Shown piece after piece: positions 49,346 to 62,111 of a stretch of DNA of 64,000 bases; position 1 is the first letter of the stretch, and each line of letters opens with the position of its first letter. Source of the DNA: Podarcis filfolensis (Eukaryota); the NCBI GenBank assembly GCA_964270895.1, contig OZ185437.1. One strand, 5' to 3'. The translations under genes and the position numbers were made by a program. The notes beneath the pieces were generated by a model. That model made no database searches. It worked only from the letters and a program-made list of their open reading frames with translations, and had not been told where the DNA came from.

Positions 49346-50159
49346 AATTCTAGGGGGAAGCGCCTCTGCCCATTGCTACTGCTGCTGGAGAAGATAGGAG
49401 AGCATCTGATGAGATCTTGTCAGAAGCCACTTCTGTGCGACCTCGAAAAACAAGACGTCAGTTGGTTGGGTGGCAGCTTCCCATTTTGCTTCAGGTGGCA
49501 AAACAGAACAGGCCACCCCTGATAGAGAATGGAGTGCGAGTCTGGGAAGAAGCCAGCCTACTGAACAATGCTACAATTTCTTTTTTTCTTTTTTCTTTCT
49601 TTTTTAATGTATTTTTATTAAAGATTTTCTTGATTTACAAAGGTATGTGCAATGTCTCTCTCTCGTATTTTTTTCCATGTAACACTTTTTTTTAAAAAAA
49701 AATGGTTTCATTTGTTGAGACATTAGGAAGAATAGGGGTAAAGAGGTGGGGGAGAGATGGGGGGGTCAGGTTGTGATGTTAATAATGCTACAATTTCAAT
49801 AAATTGCTCCACCACTTTTATCTCTGTCCCTGCCTGTGGCCCCTGGAAGGTTGCCCAGATGGGAATGTGGCCCTCAGTCTGAAAAAGGCTCCCCATTTCT
49901 CCTGTGCTCATAAGGGTTGCATAGTAACAGTCTCATACATTGTTCCTGCGTTTATTGTATAGTACTTTTTAAAATATAAGTTAGCACAATACCCTGTGGT
50001 GTAATAATGGCATTGTTAATATGCGTATAATAAATGAGAGACTACAGAAAGCAATAGGAAATTTGGCCATTATGATAAGTTGGTCATTACAATAAGGCCA
50101 TTGGAAGTTCTTTCCCAATCTCTTCTCCATCTTTCCCCATTTCTATCACTACATATAGA

Positions 50160-50277
50160 GAGAATGAGACTCTCCAGATGTTGTTGGACCCTTGTTCCCA
50201 TCAGTCCAAACCAACACAGCCAATTATGGGGGCAGAAGTCCAACAACATCTGGAAGGCCACAGGTTGCATGTCCCTG
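50160..50277. mobile_element. Palindromic MITE relic
   Basis: Perfect IR CCAGATGTTGTTGGAC (50174-50189) / GTCCAACAACATCTGG (50238-50253). Confidence 0.65.
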
Positions 50278-52838
50278 ATACACAGAATACCTCTGTGCAT
50301 GGATGGTTGTTTCTCATATCTGTTCATTCAGTGATATCTTCCTGGTGTGTTACAGTGCAGCGCTAGTATTGATACCACCCTTCACTCCATTGAAGAAATT
50401 GCAATACTCACTAGAGCTCCCACGACACCCCTTGGGATGCAAAAAAAAGAGATGAGTCTCTCTACCCCTTGCCTCTGCCTTGAGCTATGTCCAGCATGAC
50501 ACTCTTCTGGCCCTTTCCTGACACCGCAGGGGTGAATTCTTCAGCGTCTGGTTCTTCTCTCTTCCTTCTCCTCTCCCAGAGCTAACTGCCACTACATAAT
50601 GTGTGGGGAGTTAGTTTGGAGTTGTTGCTTTGTTTTTGGCAGAACTGCAGTTTGGGAAAACCTTGCTTGCCTTCACATGTGATTTTTTCCACTTGTGAAA
50701 TGTGAGGTCCGTAAGACTTCACAATGGCTGTTAGCTCACAGATACACTTGGACTGAAATATCTGCATATATTAAGTAGCATCACACAGATTTAGCAACAG
50801 TTTTGCACAGGCTATTTATTTGCTCTCTTGAGTTAAGTTTTTTGTTCAGGATTTACACATCTTCTACTGCTACAATAGATCCATCAGCAGCATCTTCAAA
50901 GTCTATTTTCTTCTGTTCCAAACTGTTAAATATAAGTGCACCAGCAAAGGAATCTTAGTGGATAAATAATGCAACACAATAATACCTCTCAGGCAGTGTA
51001 AAAATGTCATTTTCAAAAGTACGATGAACTGTTGGCCCCTACTTTGTTTTATGCTGACCTGGCAAAAGGGCTGGTGGCTGGCATTAACATGTTTTGGCTG
51101 AGGATATCTGAGGATATCTAAGGGGGGGGGGGGGAACCAGGTGTGAAGGGAACAATGCTGTCACAATCTATAGCCCCAGCAACAGGTATTCATTACTATA
51201 ATACCTCTGAACGTGAAGGTTCCATAAATGCTTCATTTTAAATATCATCCAACAAGGAGACCAGCAACAAAATATTGCCGTGTATTCCCAACTTCCTTTG
51301 AACTCCAGCCAGCTTAGAACAGGAGCCTTGTAGTACTTCTCGGGTCTCTCCTGGAGTGAAGCATTAAGGAGTGGGATGGAATCCTGGTGTAGACCACATC
51401 ATCTGGCTCTGGCCCTTTGGATTCTTGCCTGTGTGACTTTGACCCTGCTGGGTTCCTATCATGGGCAAGGTTGCGAATGAGCCGCTCTTTCCAAAAAATA
51501 TAAATGGCCATGAAACTTAGTACAGACGAGTAGCCTAAAGACTGATCAAGAAACTTGGAAGCCCCTAGTTCCAACAGTATCTCTGTTCTGAACTATGTGG
51601 CAGTTAACCAGTGAACACAAGGGGCCATCTCTAGGCTCTGCAGAAGGGCAGGAAGTCTCACACATATTCAGCTGGCTTCACTGATACTTGGAAAGCTCAT
51701 TACATTCGTGTTTCTCCAAAGTCGGCCTGATGTCAAGCTGTTGGGAGGTGTGGATGCTCTCCTGATAAAGTATTGAACCTTAGAGCTATTTAGAAAACTT
51801 CTTGCTGCTCTCTGGGTGTATGTGAAGCTCCGTGTGAGGACACCCAACCATCATCTCAGCTCATATGTTGGGAGGAAGCTACGAAGTCCCCCTCCACAGT
51901 GAAGTTCAGCTGGTGTGATGTCAGATAAGAATCCACCACTCTCTCACAGGTGGGCCCAGGGCTGTGATGAGAACAAATGGTGCTTGGTTATTAAGAGTCA
52001 TCAGGTGTGTGGGTCCTGCTGATCTGCAGTATGGAATAATAACCCCACCCTGCTTTACAAGGTTGTTGCAAGCATTACTGAGATGCTACACATTAACACT
52101 CTAAAGTGCTATGTAAATTATATCAGTTACAGCAATGACCACACCAACTGGGAACCATTCTCTGAACTTACGTTGCACATTTAGGAGCTGAACTAAACTC
52201 TTAGAACCACCATTTGTTGTAGGATATTTCTGTCACTATGTAGCATATAGAGAAGCTTTGGATGACTTTCTATTCATATTAGTTTCCTTTTGACTGCAGC
52301 AATATTTTCCTACACTTCAATGGCTTTAACTTAAGCAGTTGGTATAGAAACCAATTTACATCTGAGAAAAGACATTAGCAAGAAGATGGAGACCAATGGT
52401 TTTGTGTTCGAGCCAATGCACATAGCTGAACCTAATTTATTTCTGCGACAGGGCATGCTGTCAGCCAAGACACATGCACTATATTTATAGTATGTTTATT
52501 CAAAGCAGCAGTTGCAGCAGAAATGAAATCATTTAGCCATTGCAAGACCAATAGACTTCAAATGTGCTTTCCACGCATTTAGCTTGTTTAGCTTCTAATC
52601 GATACTAGAATACAATATCCTTTAACCATGGAATTTGCTGTAATTAAAATTTGAGAAGTGAGCCATTGTGCTTTGCAAAGTTGTGACTCAAAATGGATAA
52701 TTCAATGATGATTCAAATTAGCATCTTTTGAAATGTTATCTTTAAATTCACTTTGGAAATTGGGAAACTTGTTCACTAGGATTGGTACAGGAGTGTTCTT
52801 TCTTTTCTCAGTCTGCATCTGCAATGGAATGGTTTTTA

Positions 52839-52886
<48 letters not shown>

Positions 52887-53093
52887 TTATTTCTACCCCG
52901 CCCATCTGGCTGGATTTCCCCAACCACTCTGGGTGGCTCCCAACAGAATTAATGAGAATAATAATCATAATAAAGTGATAAAACATCAGACATTAAAAAC
53001 TTCCCTAAACAGGGCTGCCTTCAGATGTCTTCTAAAAGTCAGATAGTTGTTTATCTCCTTGACATCTGATGGGATGGCGCCACTACTGAGAAG
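52839..53093 (-). mobile_element. L2 3' end with (ATT)n tail
   Basis: Microsatellite 52839-52886 followed by the L2-type terminal stem region CCCCGCCCATCTGGCTGG...GGGTGGCT. Confidence 0.75.
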
Positions 53094-53354
53094 TGGAATT
53101 GTTTTCAAGTGTTTGTATTGTTTTTGTTTTTACACTTTTCTTGTTTTAGGGTTGCACCTGTTTATTTATTTGATAATTTTATATGTTATTACTGTAAAAC
53201 AATAAGGTAAGAAATCTAATTTTTTTCATTACATTAAATACTGGTGAGCTATGCCATTGACAAAATCACCCACAAATCTGTGAATACATGGGAATGCCAA
53301 ATATAAATAGACAGCAAAGTGAAAAACAGCTCTGCAAATTTTACATGCAAAATA

Positions 53355-53444
53355 CCGTATTTTTCCGTGTATAAGATGCCCCCATGTATAAGACGCTTCC
53401 TATTTTTTAATAAAATAAGCTCATCTTATACACTGAAATAATTA
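53355..53444. mobile_element. Tc2/mariner-like miniature element
   Basis: TA|CCGTATTTTTCCGTGTATAAGATG and a degenerate right TIR CATCTTATACACTGAAATA. Confidence 0.65.
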
Positions 53445-54152
53445 TAAAGAGCATGCAGTTTAAACTCAGGCACTACAACAATGAAATTCAGAGTGGATAG
53501 TGAAATGAAAAATTATTAAATTTGATCTGATCTCATGCTAGTACCAAGAATAGGTGGTGCTCTATTGCTTTGCCCCCAACCCTGTAGGAAATATATTAAA
53601 ACATGCTGTCCAGGATAATACCAAAACAACAACATGACAACATGGTCATAGCATCAGGTAGCATTGTTCTGGGGGCTTCTTAGGAAAAATGACAGCTACT
53701 AGTTATTGGCTGCCAGGAAGCATTCTGATGACAGTGGAGAGTTTTACCTTATCATCTCCAAATGGTGTCCTGTTCTCAAAATCCCCCAAGTGCTCCCTTT
53801 CACAGCCCACAATCGCACCCATGAAATTTGTGGAGACCCTTCTAACTTCACTAGCCATCCCTTCATTAACACTTTGATACTTGTCTCAGCTGCTGGGTTT
53901 GCCCCAGTGACTTGAAGGTATTGTGCCTGCACCCTTCTCAGAATGGCTTGTGGAGAAAGCAGAAGGTAATCACCTCCAGCCTTAGCATACACAGTTCCTC
54001 TGAGGCACTATGGCTTCATCTTCTGTTCTGCACAGTTGCTCATGACACCATTGCAAGAATGCAATAAAACCATGAAGGGACAGTTGAGGCTGCACCACGT
54101 GCAAGAATTCGTTTTGCTCTTACAAAAAATGCATGGAGAGATGGGCACTCTC

Positions 54153-54283
54153 TATGGGCATAGACAAGAGGGGGGGGCAGCTGCCCTCCCCCCAGATCAA
54201 GTAAAGCAGTAGAAATACTTAACTAACTGACCAATCACGTCGGTCCTCCCCCCCCCCCCACAAAAATCCTGGCTACACCCATG
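54153..54283. mobile_element. hAT MITE
   Basis: Imperfect TIRs TATGGGCATAGACAAGA / TCCTGGCTACACCCATG; perfect 8-bp TSD GCACTCTC (54145-54152, 54284-54291). Confidence 0.85.
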
Positions 54284-55881
54284 GCACTCTCCTATCCTCA
54301 GCATGGCCCCAGCTTTCACTGAGAAGGGCATGATAGTGAACTGTGGAGGAAAAGGAAGTACATGATAGCCCTGTTCAGGCATTTTTTCTTTCTTAATAAA
54401 GAATATTATCAGGTGGAGGTGGCATGGGGAAGCACATGTCATCCCCTCCCCCTAACATCCTCATCCTGTTTCCATCCTTGCCCATGAGCTACCCTACTCA
54501 AGACATATGATAGGCCATTAGCTAGTCAGATTTTTCCTCTTCTTAAAGTGAAGTATTACGAGAAGCACACTATAGAATTCTTTGAATTGTTCATTCCTCC
54601 GTTGTCCCTTAGAAATTGAATTCTGATTCAGAGCTACTGAGTACTGCTTGGCTTTCCCCTCCACTCTTTTCTTCCTGGGCATCCCCAAAGGAAAGAAGAG
54701 TGTAGAGTTTAAAGAAAGATGGTTCAGCTTCTAGTAATTAAACTTTGGTGGGAGAACTGAGAGAATATTTAATGCCATGAAGCTTTCTCAAAGACAGATC
54801 TGGAGACTTCACAATGGAATTACAAGAAGTCGATTTAGTGGATCCAGTGCAGGAAGCCTCTCAGATAACTTCTGATAATAGAGAAACCTCCCCACCCCCC
54901 ACCCCCAGCATACTGTGGTGGGGAAATCTGAAGACATGAAGGCAATTCTCATTTATTCTCTGTCATGGCCCCCCACCCGCCAACTCCTCTGCACTCAATT
55001 TCTATTGCATGCCTTGCCTCTCAAATGAGCTTGAGAAATAATTTTGGAAATGGAAGGACTTTCTGTCTGCAGCCAGCAGGGTCAATTCAGTGTGGCAGCT
55101 GTGAACTGGTGACATAGACTTATATTGACACAAGCCCCTTTTTGCTGCAGAATCACAAAGCGAAAACACCCGGGGCTCTTCTGCCTTTTTCAATAAGATA
55201 CGAATTTTTTGTCTCCCTTATATTAAGCAGAGATCTGTCATCTTGACTTGTACACTAAATGGTCCATTCTGACTGCCTTGTTTTGTGTCCAATCCCAGCC
55301 AGAATCTGGAAACATGTGTTAACATTGGCATGTTTGGGGGAAAGTTGGAAGGGCCTCAGGCTAGCCTCCCTGAAGTCTGCTGGAGGGTAGTCAATAATCA
55401 TTAGCCCTTCAAGTGGTAGATGCCCAACCTAAACTGTATTTATTTATTTAAAAAATCTTTACTTTAAGCCACAGGGAAAGGCATTTTAGAGAGCATGGCT
55501 TCCCTGAAGTAATAAAGCTATAATATATATGGTGCCAAAGAAAAGCAATGCTAACACATTGAATGGTGGGGGCCAGGAGAGAGAGGGGGCTTTTAACACC
55601 ATGCCATCCGGCAAAGTGATAGGAAGCTTTTGCAAGTAATTAGCCCATCCTTGTCTGTCACTTGAGATTCTCACATGAGTGAGGTGATTAAGGGATAGAA
55701 TCTGTTCTTAATTGCCATTGTGCATTGTCACTATCCACTAAGGTGGACCTGTGGCTATAAGGAAATTTCAAAATACAAACAGACAATATAAAGCAAGTTA
55801 AATTAGACATTTTCTGAGTGGTCAAAAGGAGCAAAGTTTCTGCCAGTTATGTGAGATAATCTGTAGAACGACAGAAAAGGA

Positions 55882-56050
55882 AGCCATGAAGCTCACTGAG
55901 TGACCTTGGGCCAGTGGCAGTCTCTCAGCACAACCCACCTCCCAGGGTGGTTGTGAGGATCAAAAATGGAGAAGAACCATGTATGCCACCTTGAGCTCCT
56001 TGGGGGAAAGGTGGGATATAAGTGTAGTAACAAATTAAATAATTAAATTA
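55882..56050 (+). mobile_element. Older SINE body/tail (Squam3/MIR-like)
   Basis: AGCCATGAAGCTCAC...GAGCTCCTTGGGG...GGTGGGATA shared with 15578-15746. Confidence 0.6.
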
Positions 56051-56118
56051 AGCCTGCCAACCCCTGTGGCCTACCCATGAGAATTTTACTGACATTTTCT
56101 CTCCCTTTTGATAATACT

Positions 56119-57046
56119 TGTGGGAATCTTCAGGGTGGCAGGAGAGGATATATTGTTTATTAATATCCTTCCTAACTTGCGCTAGCAAGTTCCTTTACTT
56201 AGCAGAGTGCATTCCCCTCTACACGGCAGAAAACTAGTTGCAAACTCGTGTGAGTTTCTTAAGACAATACGCAATTCCATCTGGCTTTTCCAGATTGAAA
56301 TGTGTTCTAATATTTTCCTGGTAAGACCCCTTGAATCCCTCCGAAAAGAATAAAGACACCACAGTCTTATTCATAAACAATAAAAAGAAAGTTTACTCAC
56401 GATCAGGCAGAGCACAGTGTGATCCCTGAAGGCAGGCTTAAGGCTTAAAGTTACAAGCATATACAAACAGGTTTGCCCCATACAGTGGTACCTCGGGTTA
56501 AGAACTTAATTCGTTCTGGAGGTCTGTTCTTAACCTGAAACTGTTCTTAACCTGAAGCACCACTTTAGCTAATGGGGCCTCCTGCTGCTGCTGCGCCGCA
56601 GGAGCACGATTTCTGCTCTCATCCTGAAGCAGAGTTCTTAACCCGAGGTACTATTTCTTCAGTCTGTAACCTGAAGCGTCTGTAACCTGAAGCGTATGTA
56701 ACCCGAGGTACCACTGCAAGATGAGTGCCGCAACCCCAGAATCAGTCACGACTGGACCTAATGGTCAGGGGTCCCTTTACATTTACCTAGCGACTGCAGT
56801 TAGCAGTCTGGGAAGTTTGCAGGATGAAATGAAGATGGAAAAGAGAGGAGAGAGTGGCAGTATGCCTTGGCCTTTTACCAAGTCTGGAAAGGTCATGCCC
56901 ACCCACTAGTCACATGCAGGGAAGGATGCTCCAGGCCAGGAGGGACAGGAAGTTTTGACTGGCTGGACCAAACATTCCCTTGCATGTCCACTCTAGCAAA
57001 ACAAGGAATGTTGTGTTTGATTGCTCCCAGTGGATTACATCCCACA
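56119..57046 (-). mobile_element. Solo LTR, family B copy 2 (contains a nested MITE)
   Basis: TGTGGGA...TCCCACA termini; flanks ATACT/ATATT; reverse complement of 47125-47663. Confidence 0.8.
56483..56716 (+). mobile_element. Tc1/mariner MITE, copy 2 (nested in the LTR)
   Basis: Same TIRs as 1957-2182; TA on the left, CA on the right. Confidence 0.9.
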
Positions 57047-57457
57047 ATATTCAAATACAATTTGTTTCTGATTAATAGATGGTGAACGGATGGTGGGAAA
57101 TGTGGCATAATATTTTGGTACAGCACTAACAGCTTCCAGCAGAGGCAGAAATATTTATAGAGTGGACCTAGTGGTTTCCAGTGGGTTCTGGTCCCACTCC
57201 AGAAAAAAATATGGAGGCCTTCCATGTAAGGAAGAATGGCTACCCATTCTAATGCATCTTGGGGACATATCCAGACTGTGGCCCCTGACATTGAAAATAC
57301 CAGTGAAAGTTGTATTTGCTTTCTCCATTGGATGTCACATGCATGGGACGCTGAGACCTAGATTGCCCCAAGACATTCCTGTTTAATGACCCCTCAATGC
57401 ATTGGAGGCCATCAATAATAGGAAGCAAAATCCTAGAGTCCCTGAGGTGGACCAGAG

Positions 57458-57715
57458 AAGGGGTCAGCAAACTTTTTCAGCAGGGGACCGGTCCACTGTC
57501 CCTCAGACCTTGGGGGGTACGGACGGACGGACTATATTTTTGGAGAAAAAAATGAATGAATTCCTATGCCTCACAAATAACCCAGAGATGAATTTTAAAT
57601 AAAAGGAGACATTATACTCGTGTAAAAACACGCTGATTCCCAGACTGTCCGTGGGCCGGATTCAGAAGGCAATTGGGCTGGATCTGACCCCCGGGCCTTA
57701 GTTTGCCTACCCACG
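57458..57715. mobile_element. hAT/Charlie-like MITE
   Basis: Termini AAGGGGTCAGCAAACT / AGTTTGCCTACCCACG; TSD degenerate. Confidence 0.7.
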
Positions 57716-57951
57716 GGCTACAGCATCACAATCATGTCCTGTGACATTAATTATCAGATACAGTGAAAGTTCAGTTAAAAAACAAAATGAAAAACACCAA
57801 CTCCTTGCTGTTTCAGAGGCCTTCAGACTCGTGGAGAGAGGCATAGATACGCTAGGCATGACTGTGCCCACCTAGACAGAATAACAGAAGCTATCCCTGT
57901 TTTTGCAATCTGTTCTAGAGTCTCGATGGAGGAGAGTTTCATTCCATTCTT

Positions 57952-58127
57952 CAGAGATGGATTTAGGGGAGTGCGGCCGGTTCAGTCAAATTGGGCGCAG
58001 AGACCCAGGGGTGCCACTGTAGGCGCTGCAACTAGGATTTAGAATGGAGAGCAATTGGTTGAGGGATGCTGAACTTTGACATTGTACAGGGCACCGCTGA
58101 AATTTGAGACCCCAAGTTCCGCCACTG
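57952..58127. mobile_element. Degenerate hAT-like MITE
   Basis: Right end TCCGCCACTG; the left end CAGAGATGGA is a degenerate match; no clean TSD. Confidence 0.5.
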
Positions 58128-59402
58128 CACTCCTCCCCAACAGAACTGCCTGGTTTTGCTTTCTTGTACTCAAAATGAGGGATGTTAGCTGAGGTGAAAA
58201 CATATTTCCAGCATGCTTTATTGATCAGTATGTGAAAGGTAACCTATTTGCAGGGGGAGTGCTGTGTTAATTTGCTGAGCACTGAGAGGGGATGGGAGAC
58301 ATCATTTCTTCATCCCTAAACACGCCCTAAACTTCAAAATGTAATTCTGAAGAATGAAAATATAAAAGACTAAATTAGTAAAAATTAAACAGTGGTGGTT
58401 ATTTTAAAACGCAGAGCGAGATGGTCAGATATCCTTTGTTTTAAAGAATGCCGCTTTATTTTAAAGGAACATCTGAGCCACCATAAATGAGGGAAAATGC
58501 TAGTTTCCACTCACTAAATTATAGCTCCGAGACTGCTAACTGGAAGCAGTAGGAGTTCAACAAATCTTGCGTAGGTTTTTAATAACCCAGCTTGCTTTTA
58601 AAAAAATCCTTCAGCTATCTTTCCTGATATTCCCTCCTCACCTCTCTCTCACTGACCCCCCTGGAGCAGGAACTTTCTGTCTTAAAAGCTATTGGGGGCT
58701 AATTATAACTAGCTAATTCCAACTTCAGGTTTTACTTTTACTGTTTTGTGGAGTTTTATAATAAACCTGAAACAATCCCCAAATGTGAACACATTTATTA
58801 TTTAGAAACACTTCCTTGGATTTTAATTCCATGTTTCCTACTCACTGTAAAAAGACTTGCTGAGGTGATTAAAAAAGAAGTAGCTGTTCAGACACACACA
58901 CAATTTCTGTAAACAATAAATGAAAATAAATGCTATCCTTGCATGTGCTCATTTGAATAGATAGGGCTGGCAGAAGAATGCCACATAGAGGGCTGCATTT
59001 GGCCCCCAAACCTGAAGTTCCCCACCCCTGCTATACTAGCTCTCATTCTTATGCACGTCTTGACTCTTCTTTCTCCTTGTAAAAGCTGCATTCCAGAAAA
59101 CACAGCTTTTCTAGAATCAAATCCAACTGAGCAGTGCATGACAGTGCAAATTTTGGAGCTTTGCAGTCATCTGGTTGACAGCGTGGAGAAGGAGAAACAT
59201 GCAGTCTCTGCGAGTTTCTTTCTCCCCTCTTACTGTCACCCTCCTCACACTTTTGGCAACCCTGGGTTGCCCTGAGTGACTTTGATCTGACCCAGGATAA
59301 TCCAGGGTTTGCTCCACCTGATCTGGTCAAACGATAGGTTGACCTGGCCCGATTCAGTTTGGGATCCACCTGGATCTGGCAACAGCCCTGGGAACCAAGT
59401 CA

Positions 59403-59462
59403 TACTCAGAGTAGACCTATTGAAATCAAGCCCATTTGATTTCAGTGGGTCTCCTCTGAGTA
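59403..59462. repeat. Old palindromic relic (related fragments at ~3400-3480, 4960-5040, 60490-60570)
   Basis: TACTCAGAGTAGACCTATTGAAATCAA / TTGATTTCAGTGGGTCTCCTCTGAGTA. Confidence 0.65.
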
Positions 59463-60227
59463 CGTCTTAGCCAGATATCACCACCTGGACCTTTAATTAT
59501 TTGGTTTTATTACCCACAGGCAAAGGGGAAACAAGATGGTGCATGCTCTTCTGATAGTAGCAGTTCAGTTTATGCTGAACTGCTTGTTTTCGTCTAGGGC
59601 AAGAGGTGTGATGGCAAATCCAGTGTGAGACTACTTGGCAATTAACTTGTGGTTCACACATAATAAGGCCTGGTTTAGGGCTTCACCTTGGGATGACACT
59701 GATAATTTGTTGTGTCTAAGGGTTTGTTCTCTGAGCTGTGCAAATGTTCTGACAAATGATTATACGATATGAATTGTTCATTTGGCCCATGAAAGCTTAT
59801 GCCACAATACATTCCTTCCTTTTCATAATATCACAATACTCTTGTTTCCTGCAACAGACTAACACAGTCAATTCTCTAACGTTTGTGTCATGCGTCGTAA
59901 AGACTTAATTTAACTTGATTCCTGTTTTCAAAGGATGAATAAATGGAGTGTATGAACCTTTTGTGGCATGCAGCCATAGTATGTCTCATTTCAGCTAGGA
60001 GATGTACGAACTGGACATCTTGATGTAACCTCCTGTATCCACTGTTTCATGTGCATATTTTTACTTGAAGGTTTCATACTTTTACTAAAGTGAGAAAGAA
60101 GAGCAGCAAAATCCCGGGAAGCCCATTGCTAGGCTACCATTCCAACATTCTGAGACAAGAGACAGAAAGCATGTTCATTCATATGGTACAATTGTGAACA
60201 TTTTTTGCTGTTGATGGCTAAGCAGTA

Positions 60228-60453
60228 CAGTGGTACCTCGGGTTACATACACTTCAGGTTACAGACTCCGCTAACCCAGAAATACTGCTTCAGGTTAAGA
60301 ACTTTGCTTCAGGATGAGAACAGAAATCGTGCTCTGGCGGTGCAGCGGCAGCAGGAGGCCCCATTAGCTAAAGTGGTGCTTCAGGTTAAGAACAGTTTCA
60401 GGTTAAGAACGGAACTCCGGAACAAATTAAGTACTTAACCTGAGGTACCACTG
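60228..60453 (-). mobile_element. Tc1/mariner MITE, copy 3
   Basis: Same TIRs with TA on both sides; internal sequence reversed relative to copy 1. Confidence 0.92.
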
Positions 60454-61545
60454 TATATAAATCCTGTTAGGCGAATCAATTATGGCTGTAATTCTAACCC
60501 CGTACCTGGGAGTAAGCTCCATTGAATTCAGTAGGATTTACTTCTGAGCAGACTTGCTTAGGGTTTCAATTTAATTATTGCAACCTGAATTTTGCCCTCT
60601 TAAAACTGGGCATGGTAGTGATCGGGCTCTTTCCAGTTGAGCCCTCTTTTGAACTGATAATGGATATCTACACACAGCCGTTGTTTCACATCTTGCAAGT
60701 CAAGTGTACTGGCAGATAGAAATTTAATGACTTGAAGATCCAAAATTCATAAACTAGTGGCCTCCTTTTTTAGCATTCCTATTTTAAACTATTCCTTTTA
60801 AGACATGAATATTCCTTAATTGTGGTTTTCCAGGCAGGTTTTAGTTATGTCTATAATTTCACAGGTTTCCTTATGCAGACATGCCTCTAGCTCTTCCATC
60901 ATTCTTGTCTTTGTATTTAGCAATTTAATAACCCTCTGTTTTTAAATACAAGTTCTCTCTCCCTGTACGTAAATCCCAAATATAATCTGTTATTTAGCTC
61001 ATTTCCACTGTAAGTGCATCCTCCCCCTTTATCTAGTCATTAAATATGTATCATTCTACAGGAGTTTTTAATCACCACAGGGATCTATTCCATTTCCATG
61101 TGAATGACTTGTTCTTTTTTCTTCTGTGCATTAAAAGGGTGGAAAACATGCTTTTATGCAGAGAGAGCAGTACATGGTTTAGGGGCTGACTACATCTCAC
61201 CCCACAGTCCCTCTTGAGCATATGCTTCCTTCTTTTCCCATTCCCAACACGCCAGGTCCAAACTGGCTTCCCCTTTCCCCCCAACGTCCTCTTCTGAAGA
61301 AAGCATTGTAATATTTATTCTGATCAACTATCAAAAATGGAGATTTTTTTTATTAAAAAAATGGAATGGTGAGAATGTGATAAAGTTGGACATAGAAAGC
61401 TATGTCCAAGACATGGTGTAAACTAGGGGTAGCCAATGTATGGCCTTCCTGGTGATGAGGACTACAACTCACATCATCCCTGATGTTTGGCCATGCATGT
61501 TGGTCTTAATGGAAGTTGTAGTCCACAAAGTCTGCAAGGCACCAC

Positions 61546-61620
61546 ATTCTATTCTATTCTATTCTATTCTATTCTATTCTAATCTAATCTAATCTAATCT
61601 AATCTAATCTAATCTAATCT
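61546..61620. repeat. Compound pentanucleotide microsatellite (ATTCT)7(AATCT)8
   Basis: Directly visible. Confidence 0.97.
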
Positions 61621-62111
61621 ATGGCTCATAATATAGTTGTACTACAAAAGCTAAGCAAGCCCACTGCTTCTGTAAGGTGCCTAGTGTAGTCATACATAAA
61701 TCAGTCTGATGGATGCAAGTCTACTCCTTAGAGGAAGAATTAAGATGATCTAATTTAATTGATGGTTTAATAATGTGTTTTGATGCTTTTGTGGTTTATG
61801 TGAACTGCTTTGGGTAAAGGAGTCAGCATATAGTTAATGTGAATAAATAAAAGAAGTAAGCAAGGGAAGGATGGAAGGAAGACATTCAAGGGAACATAAC
61901 AGACAAGTTCTGTGGGGAAATCTTTAAGGTTCAGTTTAGCCAATTAACCTTACAAGGAGGAAGCTTGAAATGGCCCACTTGTCATGGTCTTCCAGGTTAC
62001 TGCTGTAACATACAGTGATGCACAGTCATCTTTCTGTAGAGGCTGCCCATGCCATTGCTGCCCATTCTTGGCTGTGGTTGGTGCTGGGAGGCCAGTGCTC
62101 CACAAGACATG

